Source: the human T2T-CHM13v2.0 reference genome, Homo sapiens
Length of the DNA: 64,000 nt
Assembly: GCF_009914755.1 (NCBI RefSeq)
Contig: NC_060942.1
Reading direction: 5' to 3' (one strand)
The translations under genes were made by a program, and so were the position numbers. The notes below the pieces were generated by a model, which made no database searches, was not told the DNA's origin, and saw nothing but the letters and a program-made list of their open reading frames with translations. Of the stretch, positions 14,001-28,795 are shown in pieces; position 1 is the first letter of the stretch; every line of letters starts with the position of its first letter.

Positions 14001-15075
14001 TTATTTTATGTAAGTGCTATGGTAACCACAAAGAAAAATTCTGTAAGTAGATATGCAAAAGATGAAGAAAAAGTAATCAAAACATACAACTACACAAACA
14101 TCATCAAATCACAAAGGAAGAGACCAAGAAAGGAAGAAAAGAAAAATAGTCATAAAACAGTTAGTAAAATGGCAGTAGTAAGTCCTTATCTATCAATAAT
14201 TACATTAAATATAAATGGATCAAATTCTCCAATCAAAAGTCAGAGTGGCTAAATGAATTTAAAAAAAAAAGAACTAATTATATGCTGTCTACAAAAGTAT
14301 CACATTAGCTATAAGTGGACACATAGGCTGAAAGTGAAAGGATAGAAAAATATATTCCATGCAAATGGTAACCAAAAGGGATCAGGGCTGGCTATATTCA
14401 CATCAAACATAATAGGGTGCTTGTTAAAAATTGTCACAAGAGGCAATGAAGGTCGTTAAATAATGATAAAGTCAATTCATCAAGAAGATATAACAATGGT
14501 AAATATATATGTACCTCAAATCAGAGCACCTAAATATATAAAGCCAATGTTAATAGAACTGAGGGATAAACAAACAGCAACACGTTAACAGCAGAGAACT
14601 TCAATATATCCCTTTCAATAGTAAATAGATAGTTCAGACAGAAAATGAATAAGGAAACAGCAGACTTGAACAACACTAGAAACTGAATGAACCTAATGGA
14701 CATATACAAAACTTATCACCCAACAGCAGCAGAATACACATACTACTCACGTGAACAGGGAAGAATCTTCAGGATAGATCATATGTTAGGCCACAAAACA
14801 AGTCCTAACAAATTTTAAAAAACTGAAAACATATGAAAAATCTTTAGAGCACACTGGTATGAAACTAGAAATCAATAATAGAAGAAAAATTGAAAAATTT
14901 ACAAATATGTGAAAATAAAAAACACACTCCTGAGCAAAGAAGAAATCAAACAGGAAATCCAGAAATATCTTGAGTGCAACAAACTGGGAACACAACATAT
15001 CAAAACTTATGAAATACAGCAAAAGCAGTTCAAACAGGGAAGTGTATAGCAATAAATGCCACATTAAAAAAAAAG

Positions 15076-15385
15076 AGCCAGAAGTGGTGGCTCATGCCTG
15101 TAATCCCAGCTACTTGGGTAGCTGAAAAGGAAGGATCATTTGAGGCTAGGAGTTTGAAACAAGCCTGGGTAATATAGTGAGATTCTGTCTCTAAAAAAGA
15201 TTATAAAAAGTAAAAATTCGTCGGGCATGGTGGCATGCACCTGTAGTCCCAGCTACTCAGGAGGCTGAGGTGGGAGGATAGCTGGAACCCAGGAGTTCAA
15301 GACTGCGGTGAGCTATGATCATGCCACTGCATTCCAGCATGAGTGACAGAGGGAGAGCCTGTTTCCTGTTTCTAAAAACAATAAT
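15076..15385 (+). mobile_element. AluJ element inside the old L1
   Basis: J-type 'ggatcatttgaggctaggagtttga...gggtaatatagtgaga'. Confidence 0.9.
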
Positions 15386-15974
15386 AATATTAATGAATTA
15401 ATTTTTAAAAGAAGAAAAAAAGATCTCAAAGAACCTAGCTTTATATCTCAAAGAAGTAGAAAAAGAAGAACAAATTATGGCCAAAGTTAACAGAAGGAAA
15501 TAATAAGGATCAGAATAGAAATAAAAAAGGTAGAGACCAGAAAAACAATAAAAAAGATCAATGAAACTTGAGTTATTTATTTTTTGAAAAGATATACAAA
15601 ATTGACAAAACTTTACCTAGACCAAGAAACAGAGAAGAATCAAATAAATAAAATTATAATTAAATGAAGAGATATTATAAATATCAGAGAAATACAAAGA
15701 ATCACAAGAATCATGAACAATTATATATGCCAACAAATCGGATAACACAAAAGAAATGCATAAATTCCTAGAAATGTGCAGCATACCAAGACTGAATCAT
15801 AAAAAGCAGGACATATGCACAGATCGATAGTGAGTAAGGGATCAAATCAGTAATCAAAAACCTCCCAATAAAGAAAGTCCCAGGACCTGACGGCTTCACT
15901 GGTAAATTCTACCAAACATTCCAAGAAGAATTAACAATAATCCTTCTCAAACTCCTTCCATCCCCGCCCTCCCA

Positions 15975-15975
<1 letters not shown>

Positions 15976-16007
<32 letters not shown>
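15976..16007. repeat. A32 homopolymer
   Basis: Seen directly. Confidence 0.95.
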
Positions 16008-16010
<3 letters not shown>

Positions 16011-17171
16011 TGGGTAGGAGGGAACACTTCCAAGTTCATGTCAGCATTACCTTGATACCAAAGCCAGACAAGGACGCTACAAAAAAAGTTTACAGCCAAT
16101 TTCTCTGATGAACATAGATGAAAAACTCAACAAAAACTAGCAAACAAAATTTAAAAGCACATTAAAAGGATTATACCCTATAGTCAAGTGGGTTTTATCA
16201 CTAGGATGCAAGGATGTTTCAACATACACAAATCAATAAATGAGATTCACCACATTAGCAGAATGAAGGATAAAAGTAATATAATCATCTCAACAGATTC
16301 AGAAAAAGCATTTGACAAAATTCAACATCTATTCATGATTAAAACTCTTAACAAATATGTATAGAAGAAATGTACCTCAATATAATAAAAGCCATATGTA
16401 ACAAGCCCACAGCTAATGTCATATTCAGTGGTGAGAAAATGAAAACTTTTCTTCTAAAATCAAGAATAAGACAAGGATGCCCACTTTTGTCACTTGTATT
16501 CAATATGGTACTAGAAGTCCTAGTCAGAGTAATAAAAAGTTAGAAAAAGATAAGCCATCTAAACTTGAAAGAAAGAAATAAAATTTTCTTTGCTTACAAG
16601 TGAAATTATCTTATAGACAGAAAATCCTAAAGACCCCACCAAAACAATGTTAGAACTTATAAACAAATCCAGTAAAGTTGCAGGACAAAAAAATCAGGAT
16701 ACAAAATCAGCTGAATGTTTATAGATAACAATGAACTATACAAAAAAGAATAAGAAGACAATGTCATTTAAAATAGCATCAAAAATAAAATAAACTAGAA
16801 AAACAATTCAATCAAGACGATAAAAGAGATATACAATGAAAACTATAAAAAAGAAAGAATAATCTCTGACAAATATACCAAGAACACACAAAGAGAAGGG
16901 ATAATCTCTTTAATAAATGGTATTTGGAAACTGGATAACCAAATGTGGAAGAAATAAATTGGCCCTTGTATCACACCTTATACAAAAATAAACTTAAAAT
17001 GGATTAAAGACTTAAATGTGTGCATATGTGTGTGTGCACACATAGAATGTGACAACCCATAGAATGGAGGGAATTATTTGCAAACCATACATAATAAAGG
17101 GTTAATTTCAAAAACATATAAAGAACTCAAAAAATTTCATAGCAATAAAACAACCTGTTTTAAAAATAGGC

Positions 17172-17510
17172 TGCTATGTTTTGAATGTCCGTGTCTTCTT
17201 AAACTTTTTCTTTGAAACTTAATCCCCAGTCTAGTAGTGTTAGGCTGTGAGGCCTTTTGGAGGCTCTACTCTCATAAATGGGATTAGTGCCCTTATAGAA
17301 GATGTCTAAGGGGGCTTGCTTGTCTCTTCTGCCCTTCCACCAAGAAAGAAAGCATCATCTACGTGGAATGATTCCTTGTCAGACACTAAATATGCTGGTA
17401 GCTTGCTCTTGGGCTTCCTAGGTTCCATAACTATGGGTAATAAATTTATATTACTTTTAAATTATCCAGTCTAGATTATTTCATTATAGCAGCCCAAACA
17501 GACTAAGACA
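17172..17510 (+). mobile_element. MST/MLT1A-type MaLR solo LTR with 5-bp TSD TAGGC
   Basis: Begins tgctatg, ends gactaagaca; TAGGC at 17167-17171 and 17511-17515. Confidence 0.9.
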
Positions 17511-17863
17511 TAGGCAAAAGACATGAATCGGCATTTCCCTAAAGAAAACATACAAATGGCTAACAGGTATATGAAAAAATGTCGAACATCACTAATCATC
17601 AGAGAAATAAAAATGAAAACCACAATGAGATATCACCTCACACCTGTTAGGATCGCTATTATAAAAAAGTCAAAGACAAAAAGTATTGGCAATGATGTGA
17701 AGAAAAGGGAAGCCTTGTACACTACTGGTGAAAATGTAAATCAACCCAGCCATTATAGAAAACAATATGGTGGTTCCCCTAGAAATTGAAAATAGAACTG
17801 CCAAGTGATCCAGCAATTCCATTTCTGGGAATATATCCAAAGGAAATGGAAATCATTATCTCA

Positions 17864-18247
<384 letters not shown>

Positions 18248-18829
18248 CTACTGATGAATGGATAAAGAAAACATGATATAAAATATATATCAATATTTAA
18301 TTTTATATGTGTATATATACATATATATTTCATGTCACTACACATACATAATGAAATATTATTCATCCCCAAAAAAGAAGGAAATCCTGTCATTTGCAAC
18401 AACATGTATGAACCTGGAGATTATTATGGTAAGTGAAATAAGCCTGACACAGAAAGACAAGCATAATCTCACCTGTAAGTGGAAATTGAAAAAGTCAAAC
18501 TCATAGAAGCTGAGAGTAGAATACAATGGTGGTTCCAGTGGCTGGAGGGTGAGGAAAATGAGGAGATATTGGTCAAAGGGTACAAAGTTTCCATCATGTA
18601 GTATGAGTAAGTTCTAGAGATCAAATGTATAGCATAGTAACCGTAGATAATTCTGTAATGTATGCTTAAAATTCATTAATAGAGTAAATCTCAAGTGTTA
18701 CCACATGTACCCACAAATGGTTACTATATGAGGTGATGGACATGCTAATTAGCTTGATTGCGGTAATAATTTCACAATGTATATGTGTATGAAAACACGT
18801 TGTACACCTAACATATATAAAATCTGTTT

Positions 18830-19123
18830 CTCAAGACAGGGTCACAGGGTCTCTTTCTATTGCCCAGGCTGCAATCACAGCTCACTGTAGACTCAAAGTC
18901 CTGGGCTCAAGTGATCGATCCTCCTGCCTCAGCCTCCCAATTAGCTAGGACTACAGGTGCGGACCACTAAGCCCAACTTTTTTTGTTTTGTTTTGTTTTG
19001 TTTGGTGAAGATGGGGTCTCATCATGTTGCCCAGTCTGGTCTTGAACTCCTAGCCTCCAGCAATCCTCCCATCTTGGTGTCCCAGAGCTCTGGGATTACA
19101 GGCATGAGCAACTGCACCTGGCT
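18830..19123 (-). mobile_element. AluJ element
   Basis: Reverse Alu ('gggctcaagtgatc...ctcctgcctcagcctccc', 'gggattacaggcatgagc') splitting the L1 3' UTR. Confidence 0.9.
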
Positions 19124-19207
19124 ACAATTTTCATTTACCAAGTATGCCTCAATAAAGCTAGCAAAAAAGGAAAATATCCTAGACAAGCTTCATTACTGAA
19201 GTTCTTA

Positions 19208-19493
19208 GCATGGTGGCTCACACCTGTAATCCCAACAATTTGACAGGCTGAGGCTAGAGGATCACTTGAGACTAGGAGTTCGTGACAACCCAGCCAACAT
19301 AGATCCTATCTCTATATAAAATTTTAAAAATTAGTTGTGCATGGTAGTGTGTGCCTGTAGTCTCAGCTGGTCAAGGAGGCTGAAGCAGGAGGCTCACTTG
19401 AGCCCATGACTTTGATGTTGCAGGGAGCTATTATTATGCTACTGCACTCCAGCCTGGGTAGCAGGGTGAGACAGTGCCTCTTAAAAAAAAAAA
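19208..19493 (+). mobile_element. AluJ element
   Basis: 'gcatggtggctcacacctgtaatccc...ggatcacttgagactaggagttc' and poly(A). Confidence 0.9.
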
Positions 19494-20843
19494 TTAAAAC
19501 AGTGTCCTGTCTTTGGAAAATTCTTAAATTATGGTATATTTGAATAATTACATTTCATAATTAAACTTTTATGATGAAATACTGCCATTTGATTCTGTGG
19601 GCATCTTTATTTAACCTAATTCAGAGACAGCATTGAAAGCCTATGTGCCAATCCTCTTCCAACTTGAGGCCTATGTTAAGTACCTCTATGACTCTTACCC
19701 TAATGAAAGGCCTGTTCTCATTTGCTGGGAATTAATGTTTGAAATGTTAAATCAATTTTAAATAGATGTTCATAAATGGTGATAAAACTCAGGGACATGT
19801 CCCTCAAGGTAGCCCATTTATCAAAGTCCTAATATCTTTCTCGCAATATGTAATAGCAGTTGCAAATAAAACCTAGAAGGAACAGAAATTTAAAAAGATT
19901 TTGATTCAGATACTAAAAATACTATTCTACTAATATTACAATTAACTATGTAAAATACTATAATCATTCATAAATGTCATAAATGTCTTGGACCCAGTTT
20001 TCCAATGTGAATATTCTGCTTCTAGATGGAAATTGGATTTTGAATATACAGTACAGAACATTTTCTAGAATATTGGTGAGAACATGTTTCACTTGAAAAT
20101 GTATTCTTAAAAATATTTTTATATTTCAGAAAGATAGAGTATTTCCTTAGAATTTGTTTATGAACACAGAAACACTGTCCCTTGATAGTGATAAGACACA
20201 AAATAGAATGGATGTTAGTCTTGATCTCTCTTAACTAAGCACTAAAAAAATCACAACTTCCATGTGACAAACCACATATTAAATATATTGCTCACAACAG
20301 AAACAAACATGTTAAGGATGAACTGGAACACGGCCACATTGAACCTTAAAACTAATGACCTAACATTATTTATCAAGTAAATAATTATGGGAAATTTATT
20401 TCTTACAAATGTTGTTTTCTAGGAATCTAGATTTGTTTTCTTATGTTTATATAATGTTATACTTTTCACTGTGGTTTTACTACCATTATTTTAGCAAATG
20501 GTTAAAACAGATTTTCCAGTAACTTTTTGATAAATTGGTTGACTGCTGTAAAGAGATGAAATGAATTGTCGTTGTTACACAGCAGAGGGCAAAGTAAAAT
20601 GCTGGAAGTCAAACAAGGATTTCCCAAATACTGGTCTATTTCTGTAAATTTAATGGACCATGGGTGGCTTATCCAACAGACAAGACAAATGCTAAGGGCC
20701 CAGGGAAAGCAGACAAAAAAAAAAAATTTCAAGAAACCCAAAGTATCAAAATGTCATCACAGAAAAATTCAGTGTTTGTTAAACTATCTTCAACTTGAGT
20801 CATGGGAAAGATTTGTTATTGTTATTATTTTTTAACCTTGAAT

Positions 20844-21717
20844 TGAGAGAGAAGGAAGGAAGAAACTAGCTAGGAAAATAGGGCAAAGAGTCCTCGGCAG
20901 AATTTCTGCTCTAACAAAGAGCAGCCTGGAAGATCAGGCTGCAGACATAGATAAGGAAGCAAGTTCGAGCACAAAGATGGAGCCTCCTGTGTAATTAGCA
21001 AGTTTCACATGCATACAGTGGGTCCCAGTAAGCACTGTGGGCCCTAGTGAGCACATTCCTTTCCTTTTTTGGACATACACCAGTAAGGAAGCTGGAAGCT
21101 TGCATGAAGGTGGTGCATGCAGCTGCACCAATCGAAAGAACTACCTTGGGCCAGTCACATCCACCATGGCCAGGCACGTCACCCAAGCTGGAGTGGAGTA
21201 GCATAATAATAGCTCCCTGCAACCTCAAAGTCATGGGCTCAAGCAAGCCTCCTGCCTCAGCCTCCTTGACTAGCTGGACTACAGACACAATCTACCATGC
21301 ACAACTAATTTTTAAATTTTTGCCCACCCCCCTCCCCCTTAGCACATGCACAGTGGGGAAAAGATAAGCAACATGGAATAACTTAGGCTAAAGACCTGCC
21401 TGGGCAATAAAAGGTTGGGGTGGGGACTGCCAGAGTGTCACACCCTATGCAAATGACACACCTAGTCCTAATAGGTTTTTTACGCCCTATGTAGATGAAA
21501 TACTCCCTCCCCAGTAACTTGCTTATAAAAACCCTTGCATTTCCCTGAAGAACGGTAACCCTTTTTCGGGGACTTCTCTCTGCAGCAGAGAGCTGTTCTC
21601 TTTACTTTGCTTATTAAATCTCTGCTCTAATCTCACCCTTGGTGTGTCCACGTTCTTGATTTCCTTGGCAGTGAGACAAAGAATTTCAGTGTCACCCCAG
21701 ACAATGAGGCCATTTCA
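20844..21717 (+). mobile_element. ERV1-class solo LTR (MER61-like) with 4-bp TSD GAAT
   Basis: TG...CA ends; GAAT at 20840-20843 and 21718-21721; TATAAAA at 21524; ATTAAA at 21613. Subfamily from recall. Confidence 0.8.
21178..21321 (-). mobile_element. Old Alu right-arm fragment inside the LTR
   Basis: 'gtcacccaagctggagtggagt...gggctcaagcaagcctcctgcctcagcctcc...ctaatttttaaattttt'. Confidence 0.85.
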
Positions 21718-22989
21718 GAATTATCTACGGTTGTGGAGTGGGGGAATTTGGCACAAGGTACATTTTTCATAACTTACCACTTGTAAAGGCCTTAATTCAT
21801 TTGAGTATTGGGAAACATGGATAGTGTTTTCAGTGTAAATATTACAGTCTAAGTCCTTTAGGACTGGAATTCATCAGTAAAACAGAAAATAATAGATTAA
21901 ATTATTTCCATAAATTAGAAGTAGAAATGACCTCTACCATCCAAAAAGTATAGCAATACTTCCATATAAAAGTAATTTAACCACAGCCTCTTTTGATGGA
22001 CTGAACAATAAAATCAGCCTCTGGAGCAATAACAGCACAACATTAGTGATCCAGTGACAAACTTATCCACCTGCAGAAAGCTCAATGATCAAGTTCTATA
22101 AAGGGCATGGTTTCCTATCTTCCATCTGTGGGTTATAAAAAAAAACAAGCAAACTCTTGGGAATACCTTACTGAAAATCCCACGGACAAATATACTTGTC
22201 TACTTGCCAATGTTCTGCTTTTCGGAAGAAAAAAATGGTACTTTAAGAAGCCCTACAACTATAAAGCCAAATACTGGCCATTCCTGAGTATTACTAGCCT
22301 TCGCCTTTAACACAATGCAGTTAAGGTAAACTTATAAGTTATCCAAAAATCTGAAATTTTAAAAGCAATCACAAGCAATCTAATTTGCAAAACTCATCTT
22401 GTAAATTCAATAATATATAATACTAAAGTTTTTTCACATTTTCTTTTTTAGTATCAGAGTCTTCAGAAATAAATGACCTTTCCAACTTGGATCTGAAGTA
22501 ACATAAAGTTAGAAAAATTGAAGAAGTTAATTAATCAAAAAAATTTAATAACAAATTGTTGTTTTGCTCTATTTTTTCAGACTGTGTATCATAAGTATGT
22601 AACGTAAGTTTATCTCCTTAACTCAAGCCATAAAATAGTGCAAATTAAGAGAAAAAAATAACGGAAAATAATTTTAAAACATGGAGAATTTGACCATGTC
22701 TTCTTTTCTCAGTCCCAAGTATCCTTCCTCTCTAATTGCAACAATGTTTCATTTCTAAGTTATTCAATAAAAAGGGTTTCTAACTATTCAGTTTGTATTA
22801 TATATAAACCTGCAAACCTCTGGTTCCTGAAATGGTAGAGAATTTGCAATCCTCAAAATTAAGATTCTCGTTAATTACATGACAATTACTAGTTTTGGCT
22901 GCATTACATGGACGAAAATGTCACCAAGCAATCTATGTCTGATTGTTTTCCATTAATTGAGTACTTAGTAAATGGATTATGCTGAATCA

Positions 22990-23180
22990 GAACTTTACAT
23001 GAGTTTCATCATTTAATCCTCACAACAGTCCCACGAATAGATTACCATGATCACTATCATGATCTCTGTGTAACAGATGAGGGAGCTAAGCTTCAGAGAG
23101 GTTGTGTATTTTGCCAATTATGTACAAGAGACAGGACTCACCTGCTATTGTGGTTTCAAAGCCTATCACTTTAACCACTG
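22990..23180 (-). mobile_element. MIR remnant
   Basis: 'catttaatcctcacaacag...acagatgagggagctaagcttcagagaggtt'. Confidence 0.75.
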
Positions 23181-25432
23181 TTTTACAGCCACTCCTAGTT
23201 ATCAGTATTGAAAAAAGATAGAGACTGTTTCATCCATAAAGAGCTGGGATATTAACCTCACAGCATAGGTTAATTATTCTAAAATGTTTATAATGCTCCC
23301 TGGTGTGAAGTTCTTTATAAGTGTAAAATGCTCTAACTAGTTTGGGGTGACCTTTCTGAATACAAGGGTCAGTCAAGCACTCTGTACCTTGTCTCAGGTT
23401 ACAAAGTTTCTCAAGAACAAGTCAGACTATGGAGTAACAACACAGAGCTCCGCCTGGAAAAAATTAACAGGCCATCTGTTCCATTCCAGCAAAACTGAGG
23501 ACTAAAATGATGGCTTTGTGACAATGCTGTAATATTTTAGCAGCCAGTCAGTAAATGCGTTGGACTTCCATTTTTAATAGAATTTAGGAGAGGAATGTAA
23601 ATAACTGCCTCTTCCTAAAGGAACAAGACATCTAATTGTAAGAAATTCGCCAGCAGAGAAGCCATTCTTGGTCTAAGATTTGAAGCTAATGTGCGAGCTG
23701 AAATAAAGCCATCACATAACGTTGGCAAATCATGAGTAGTAACAATCACTTTATAAAGCAAGCAAACAAAAATAAGCTAATCAAAAGATTTATCAACCAA
23801 AATTATACAATTTTAACCTAAATTCACTAGTGTAATAAAAAAATGATGAGTGTTCCTAAATATCAGTAGTTTGAAAATGTAACTTGGTGCTTTGGTATAT
23901 TGTGCTCCTTTTCAGATACTGAACTTTAGAGCAAACAATAATTAATATAATCACACAAATTTTTAAAATCACCTTTCTCCACCTTTTGTTTTTAAAATGA
24001 ATTTAGAGAATAGCAATAATGGCTTTATTTAACTAGAATAATTATATGGACACCATAGTTTTTGGCAAATATCAAACTGTATGTACCTAAAAGAATTTGC
24101 CCTTAAGGCCAAACTTCTGACATTTTCTCTTATCAATATCCTGCAGATCATGGATAAAGAATAAATTAGAAATAATCTCCTAGTGAAATTTTTTTATCTT
24201 ACTAGATTTGAGAAAATTTGTATCACAAACCCTCTGCAATATATGTAACTAAATTAAGATATAGAAAATTTATTTGTAAAACATAAAATTGAAATTAAAT
24301 TGAACAGAGCCTATAAATCCAAATGTTATTAAAAGCCTGTGTGTCCTGATTCATAAACATATAGAACACCAAACTCCAGAGCGGCCTCTATCTGAGGAAA
24401 ATAAATCTAGGCTCTATGCATATCTTCAATTCAAGGAACATCTGTCTTTTTCTGTTTTATATATTGAATATCTTTGCATTTAGGACTTTACAAGGTATGC
24501 AATCACTGTCACATTTGAGCCCAAGTGGAATATAATGTGATAACTTACATTAGCTATGACTTTGATAGTTTTCTAGATGTGTTATAAAATTGAAATGCTC
24601 AGACAATAATTTTCTTTTCTATTAAAATATATTTTAACCCATTTGTCCATGAAAAAGGATTAGCAGTGTACATCATTGTACTACTGCAGAGGAAATAATT
24701 AATTTGCAGAGATGTGTAAGGAAACAGTCTTGCAAAGATAAAGACATTTTCAACTACATATTTATTTATTCAGCAAATATCTATTGAATGCATAGGCACC
24801 ATAATTACCCCTGAATACTACTCAATATGGTTCTACAGCATTAATGTGCCTGGATATATCAAATTATTGGAATTATCTATTGGTAGTTATTTGATTAGTT
24901 TCAAAGCAACTCTGAAAAAGGCTTTAATCAGGACTCAAAAAGAAAACTCTCAGATAAAAAGTTCTTGTCTAGCAACAATCAGTTAGACAAAAGACAGACA
25001 TACTGGCCTGCCTAAACAAATTTGTAATCACTGTATCTCTCAAAAATTTTTGCTTCGGAATCCTAACTACTTATCTATCTATAGATAGAGTATCTATCTG
25101 ACCTTTGAATGCCTGTTAAAGACCAGAAGAATTCCTGTGCCTAAATGATGTTTCCAATAGCAAAACCAGGAAACTGCCAGATTTGCACAATCACCCCCAA
25201 ATCCCCATACTCCCTGGTGGAGGATTCTTATGTTTTCTTTGAGTTCCTATCAATCCTGCAGTACTGCTTGTTTTGCCATGACTCAGGCAATATTAGCATT
25301 ACTCCAATGCACCATTTGTAGAAAAGCACTGCCCACATTTTCTTTTTCTCCCTTCTTCTCTGATCATGTTCTCCCTCAGTCTTCCCACCCGTTCATCTAC
25401 CCTTCCCTTTTTTACCTAGTTGAGATGGGTGA

Positions 25433-25764
<332 letters not shown>

Positions 25765-25783
25765 TGATTTTTAAATAGGATTA

Positions 25784-25928
25784 AGTTTGCTAGATAAAAT
25801 ATAAGACACCTAGTTCAGTTTGAATTCTAGATAAACATACAATATTGGAGCCAAACGTATTACAAACTATTGTTTATCTGAAATTCAAATATAACTGGTT
25901 ATCCTGTGTGTGTTAAATCTAGCAGCCT
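25784..25928. mobile_element. MER53-like palindromic hAT MITE, centre deleted
   Basis: Inverted arms 'agttcagtttgaattctagataaaca' and 'tgtttatctgaaattcaaatataact'. Confidence 0.75.
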
Positions 25929-26112
25929 TAAAGACTATATTTATCTAATATGAATGAAAATATTGGCTTGAGTCTGAAGGTAATTTTAACTTTGGAAAAA
26001 ATTGTTATGTCAGGAAAATCTAAGGATATACCAAAAGCAGAAGTGATAGGGTAGGTGGAAGCAATTATTGGAGAGTCTGCAGGCAGCTTGAAATCATAGT
26101 GCCTATTTAAAG

Positions 26113-26309
26113 CAAGGCTTTCCAACATTCTATATCGACAGCACAGGTATACATACATTTTACATCATAAGCTAGCACATATACACACTCATAAAATCAA
26201 ACTGATCATTTCTATTCTCTTCTCTATTTCATTTTTAAAAGTGATCACAGCCCACTAAATTAACTTGATGAGTCATAAATGGATTATGACATCTAATAAA
26301 AAAACACTG
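26113..26309. mobile_element. Possible hAT-Charlie MITE remnant
   Basis: Ends 'caaggctttcc' and 'aaaaacactg'; similar flanks tttaaag / tctaaag. Confidence 0.4.
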
Positions 26310-28726
26310 TTCTAAAGCAGAGGAATGCACTCTGTCCATCCAAAGTTATTTTGTGGTGCTGAGAATTTGATGAGTATGTGGTCAAATTTACAATAAAAGT
26401 AGGCAAATCTGAAGAAGGTATAAAGCAGGCAGGAGTATTTTTAGATAGTTCAAGTCAGTTTTTCAGACGGATAAAAACAATTTGGAGATTTGAGGCAAAT
26501 GCATTCAACACAGAGTAAAAGAAATGAAAAGTGAATGTGCTACAGAGGTAGGAAGTCAGTATTCTCCAAAGATAGGGAAATGGTACAAGTGCTAGACCAG
26601 AGGCAAAAACAGCTTAAAAGAAGGCAAAGCATTTCACCATATGATATAAAGAAACTAGAGGAGGAAAACATATACAGGTAGCAGCATTCTAGGGCACCAT
26701 CAGATGAATTTGGTACTATATCAGTATACATTAGTAGACTGAAGTTAATCAAGCAGAAAATAGAAAGTGGTTTATGTTAAATTATAATTAATTTTCAAAG
26801 CACTGAGATCACAGGCATGTGCCACCACATTCAGCTGTTATTTCTTATGATTGAATATTTGGCTGCTAAGGAAAAGATTGTCATAACAGAGAATTCTTAT
26901 ATTAGATGAAAAAATAAGTAGATGGGCAATGAAAAAGATCTTTTTCATACATGTTCACTATTCATAAAATAAAGAGAATTCCTAAATATTGCATTAAATA
27001 AGATAACTCAGCAAAGTCATTGTTTATAGAATTACTTGTGACATGAAGAATTACATTAAAAGACACAAGTACTTACATGGGAGTGTGGAAAACCTCTTCC
27101 TGTCTTGATTTTTCCTGAACAGTATGTGTAATATGATACATTTATATTTCCCTTGGGCCCTAGGGGAGAACCACAAAGAATGCCACTTTTCTGGTCTAGA
27201 GTTCATTGGCATGTTCAAAACCTCCTAGACTTCTGTTGCAACTCCCCTTGTTAAAGTTTACCTTTCTTACACACTGCTGGTCTGTGGGGAGCAAGCATTT
27301 CTTTTTGAACACATATCCAAGAATACAGTTGCTGTAGCCACTCAAAGCAGGCAATAATTAGCCATCTTAGGGAGACAGAGAAAGACGGCGAAGATTTCAC
27401 TTCATTCTGTTAGGGACTCCAGTAATTTGCATATCGTTCATGTATTTATGCAAGAGGCAAAGTGCAGAGTCTGTGAGATGATGACAGTGCACTATGGTTG
27501 CAGAATCAGTTGTCTGAATTATTGAATTGCTAAACAACTGGCAAATAAGAAACACATTTTTCAAAGGTACCAAGGAGAGAACTGGCTATGTGGTTTCCTT
27601 TATAAAATGTCTCTCAACTGGGAGTGTTTACTGTTCTCACTAGGTGACTTTTGCAAATAGAGAACAAGAAGGCATTTTGGTTATTACAGTATCTGGGGTT
27701 TGGTGGTGCTGAAAGTTAACATATTATGGGATATCAAAAGGCCTGGAGTACTTGGGACAATGCCACCTGTCTGCCCCTAAGGCCTATATAGCCCAATTGA
27801 GAGATAACACTTTAGACTATGTAAATAATTAGACACTAATGAATATATCTGACCAAATATATCACGTCTATGTATTATCTATTGATAAGAAAAAGCACAG
27901 AAAGATAGAAATTTCCTGTTCCAAATTCCAAATTCTCAGAAGAGCAACTAGGTTACTGACTCAGTTTCTTTCAGAATTCACCCGTAACCAAAGAACTAAA
28001 TTCAGCTGAGGAAAGTGTTCACTCTGAGAGGACATTCCCAGGAAAATGAGGGTGGAGGGGGAAATGGGGAGCAGAAGAGATAGATGGATAAAAATAGGTA
28101 AAAGCTGGTTCTTTACTTATCATAAGACAACTAAGTCTGCTGCTCATAAAGCTAGTTAATAATATTCTCAAATTTATGAGAAAATCATAAATGAAGACAT
28201 GGGTGGGTGTTATCCATAGGTCACTAAGGAGAATAGTAGACACAAAAAAAGAAGTAAGCTTTTCATTACCTGATTAAGAGGGGGAAAAAAGCAATTTAGA
28301 ACATCTGTTACCCCAAAAACAACTCCATATTAAAAGAAAAAAACCATCTTTCTAGTCACATTATTATAATATCTATAGTGTTTGAAGCAATTATTATGTT
28401 AAAACTTTACCTATATTATTTATGGCCCTAAAAACAACCCTACAAAATAATAACATGCCAACATCACACATGTAGAACTTACACTATCAAGATTTAAACT
28501 CAAGTCTAGTTGGCATCAAAGCTGGACCATTCTGTCTCCACAATCTCATGCCAGTCTCCCATGTCTTACATCTCCTTGCTATTATACTCATTGCAAATTC
28601 ATTACCTATATAGTTATTTATACAGGTGCATACATGCAGGCACTTTAAGAAATTTGGTCATTTTATTTTTTTTTACACTATCAGAGTAGCAAGGAAAACA
28701 AACCTCTCGATCTGAGTGAGAATCAC

Positions 28727-28795
28727 CCACTAGGAGGCATTAACCAGCTACTTTTTAAAGCCGCATTGGCTCCTTTTCACCACTAGGGAGCACTA
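28727..28795 (+). promoter_or_regulatory. Two tandem CTCF-like motifs
   Basis: CCACTAGGAGGCATTA (28727-28742) and CCACTAGGGAGCACTA (28780-28795), compared with the CTCF core CCASYAGRKGGCRC. Confidence 0.5.

Noticed and set aside
25074-25089. Perfect 16-bp palindrome TCTATCTATAGATAGA
   Set aside because: Explained by abutting (TCTA)/(TAGA) simple repeats.
27077-27114. Possible 38-nt cryptic exon (CAG...AT|GTAAGT on the minus strand)
   Set aside because: Weak polypyrimidine tract, frameshifting length and no homology; such sites arise by chance.
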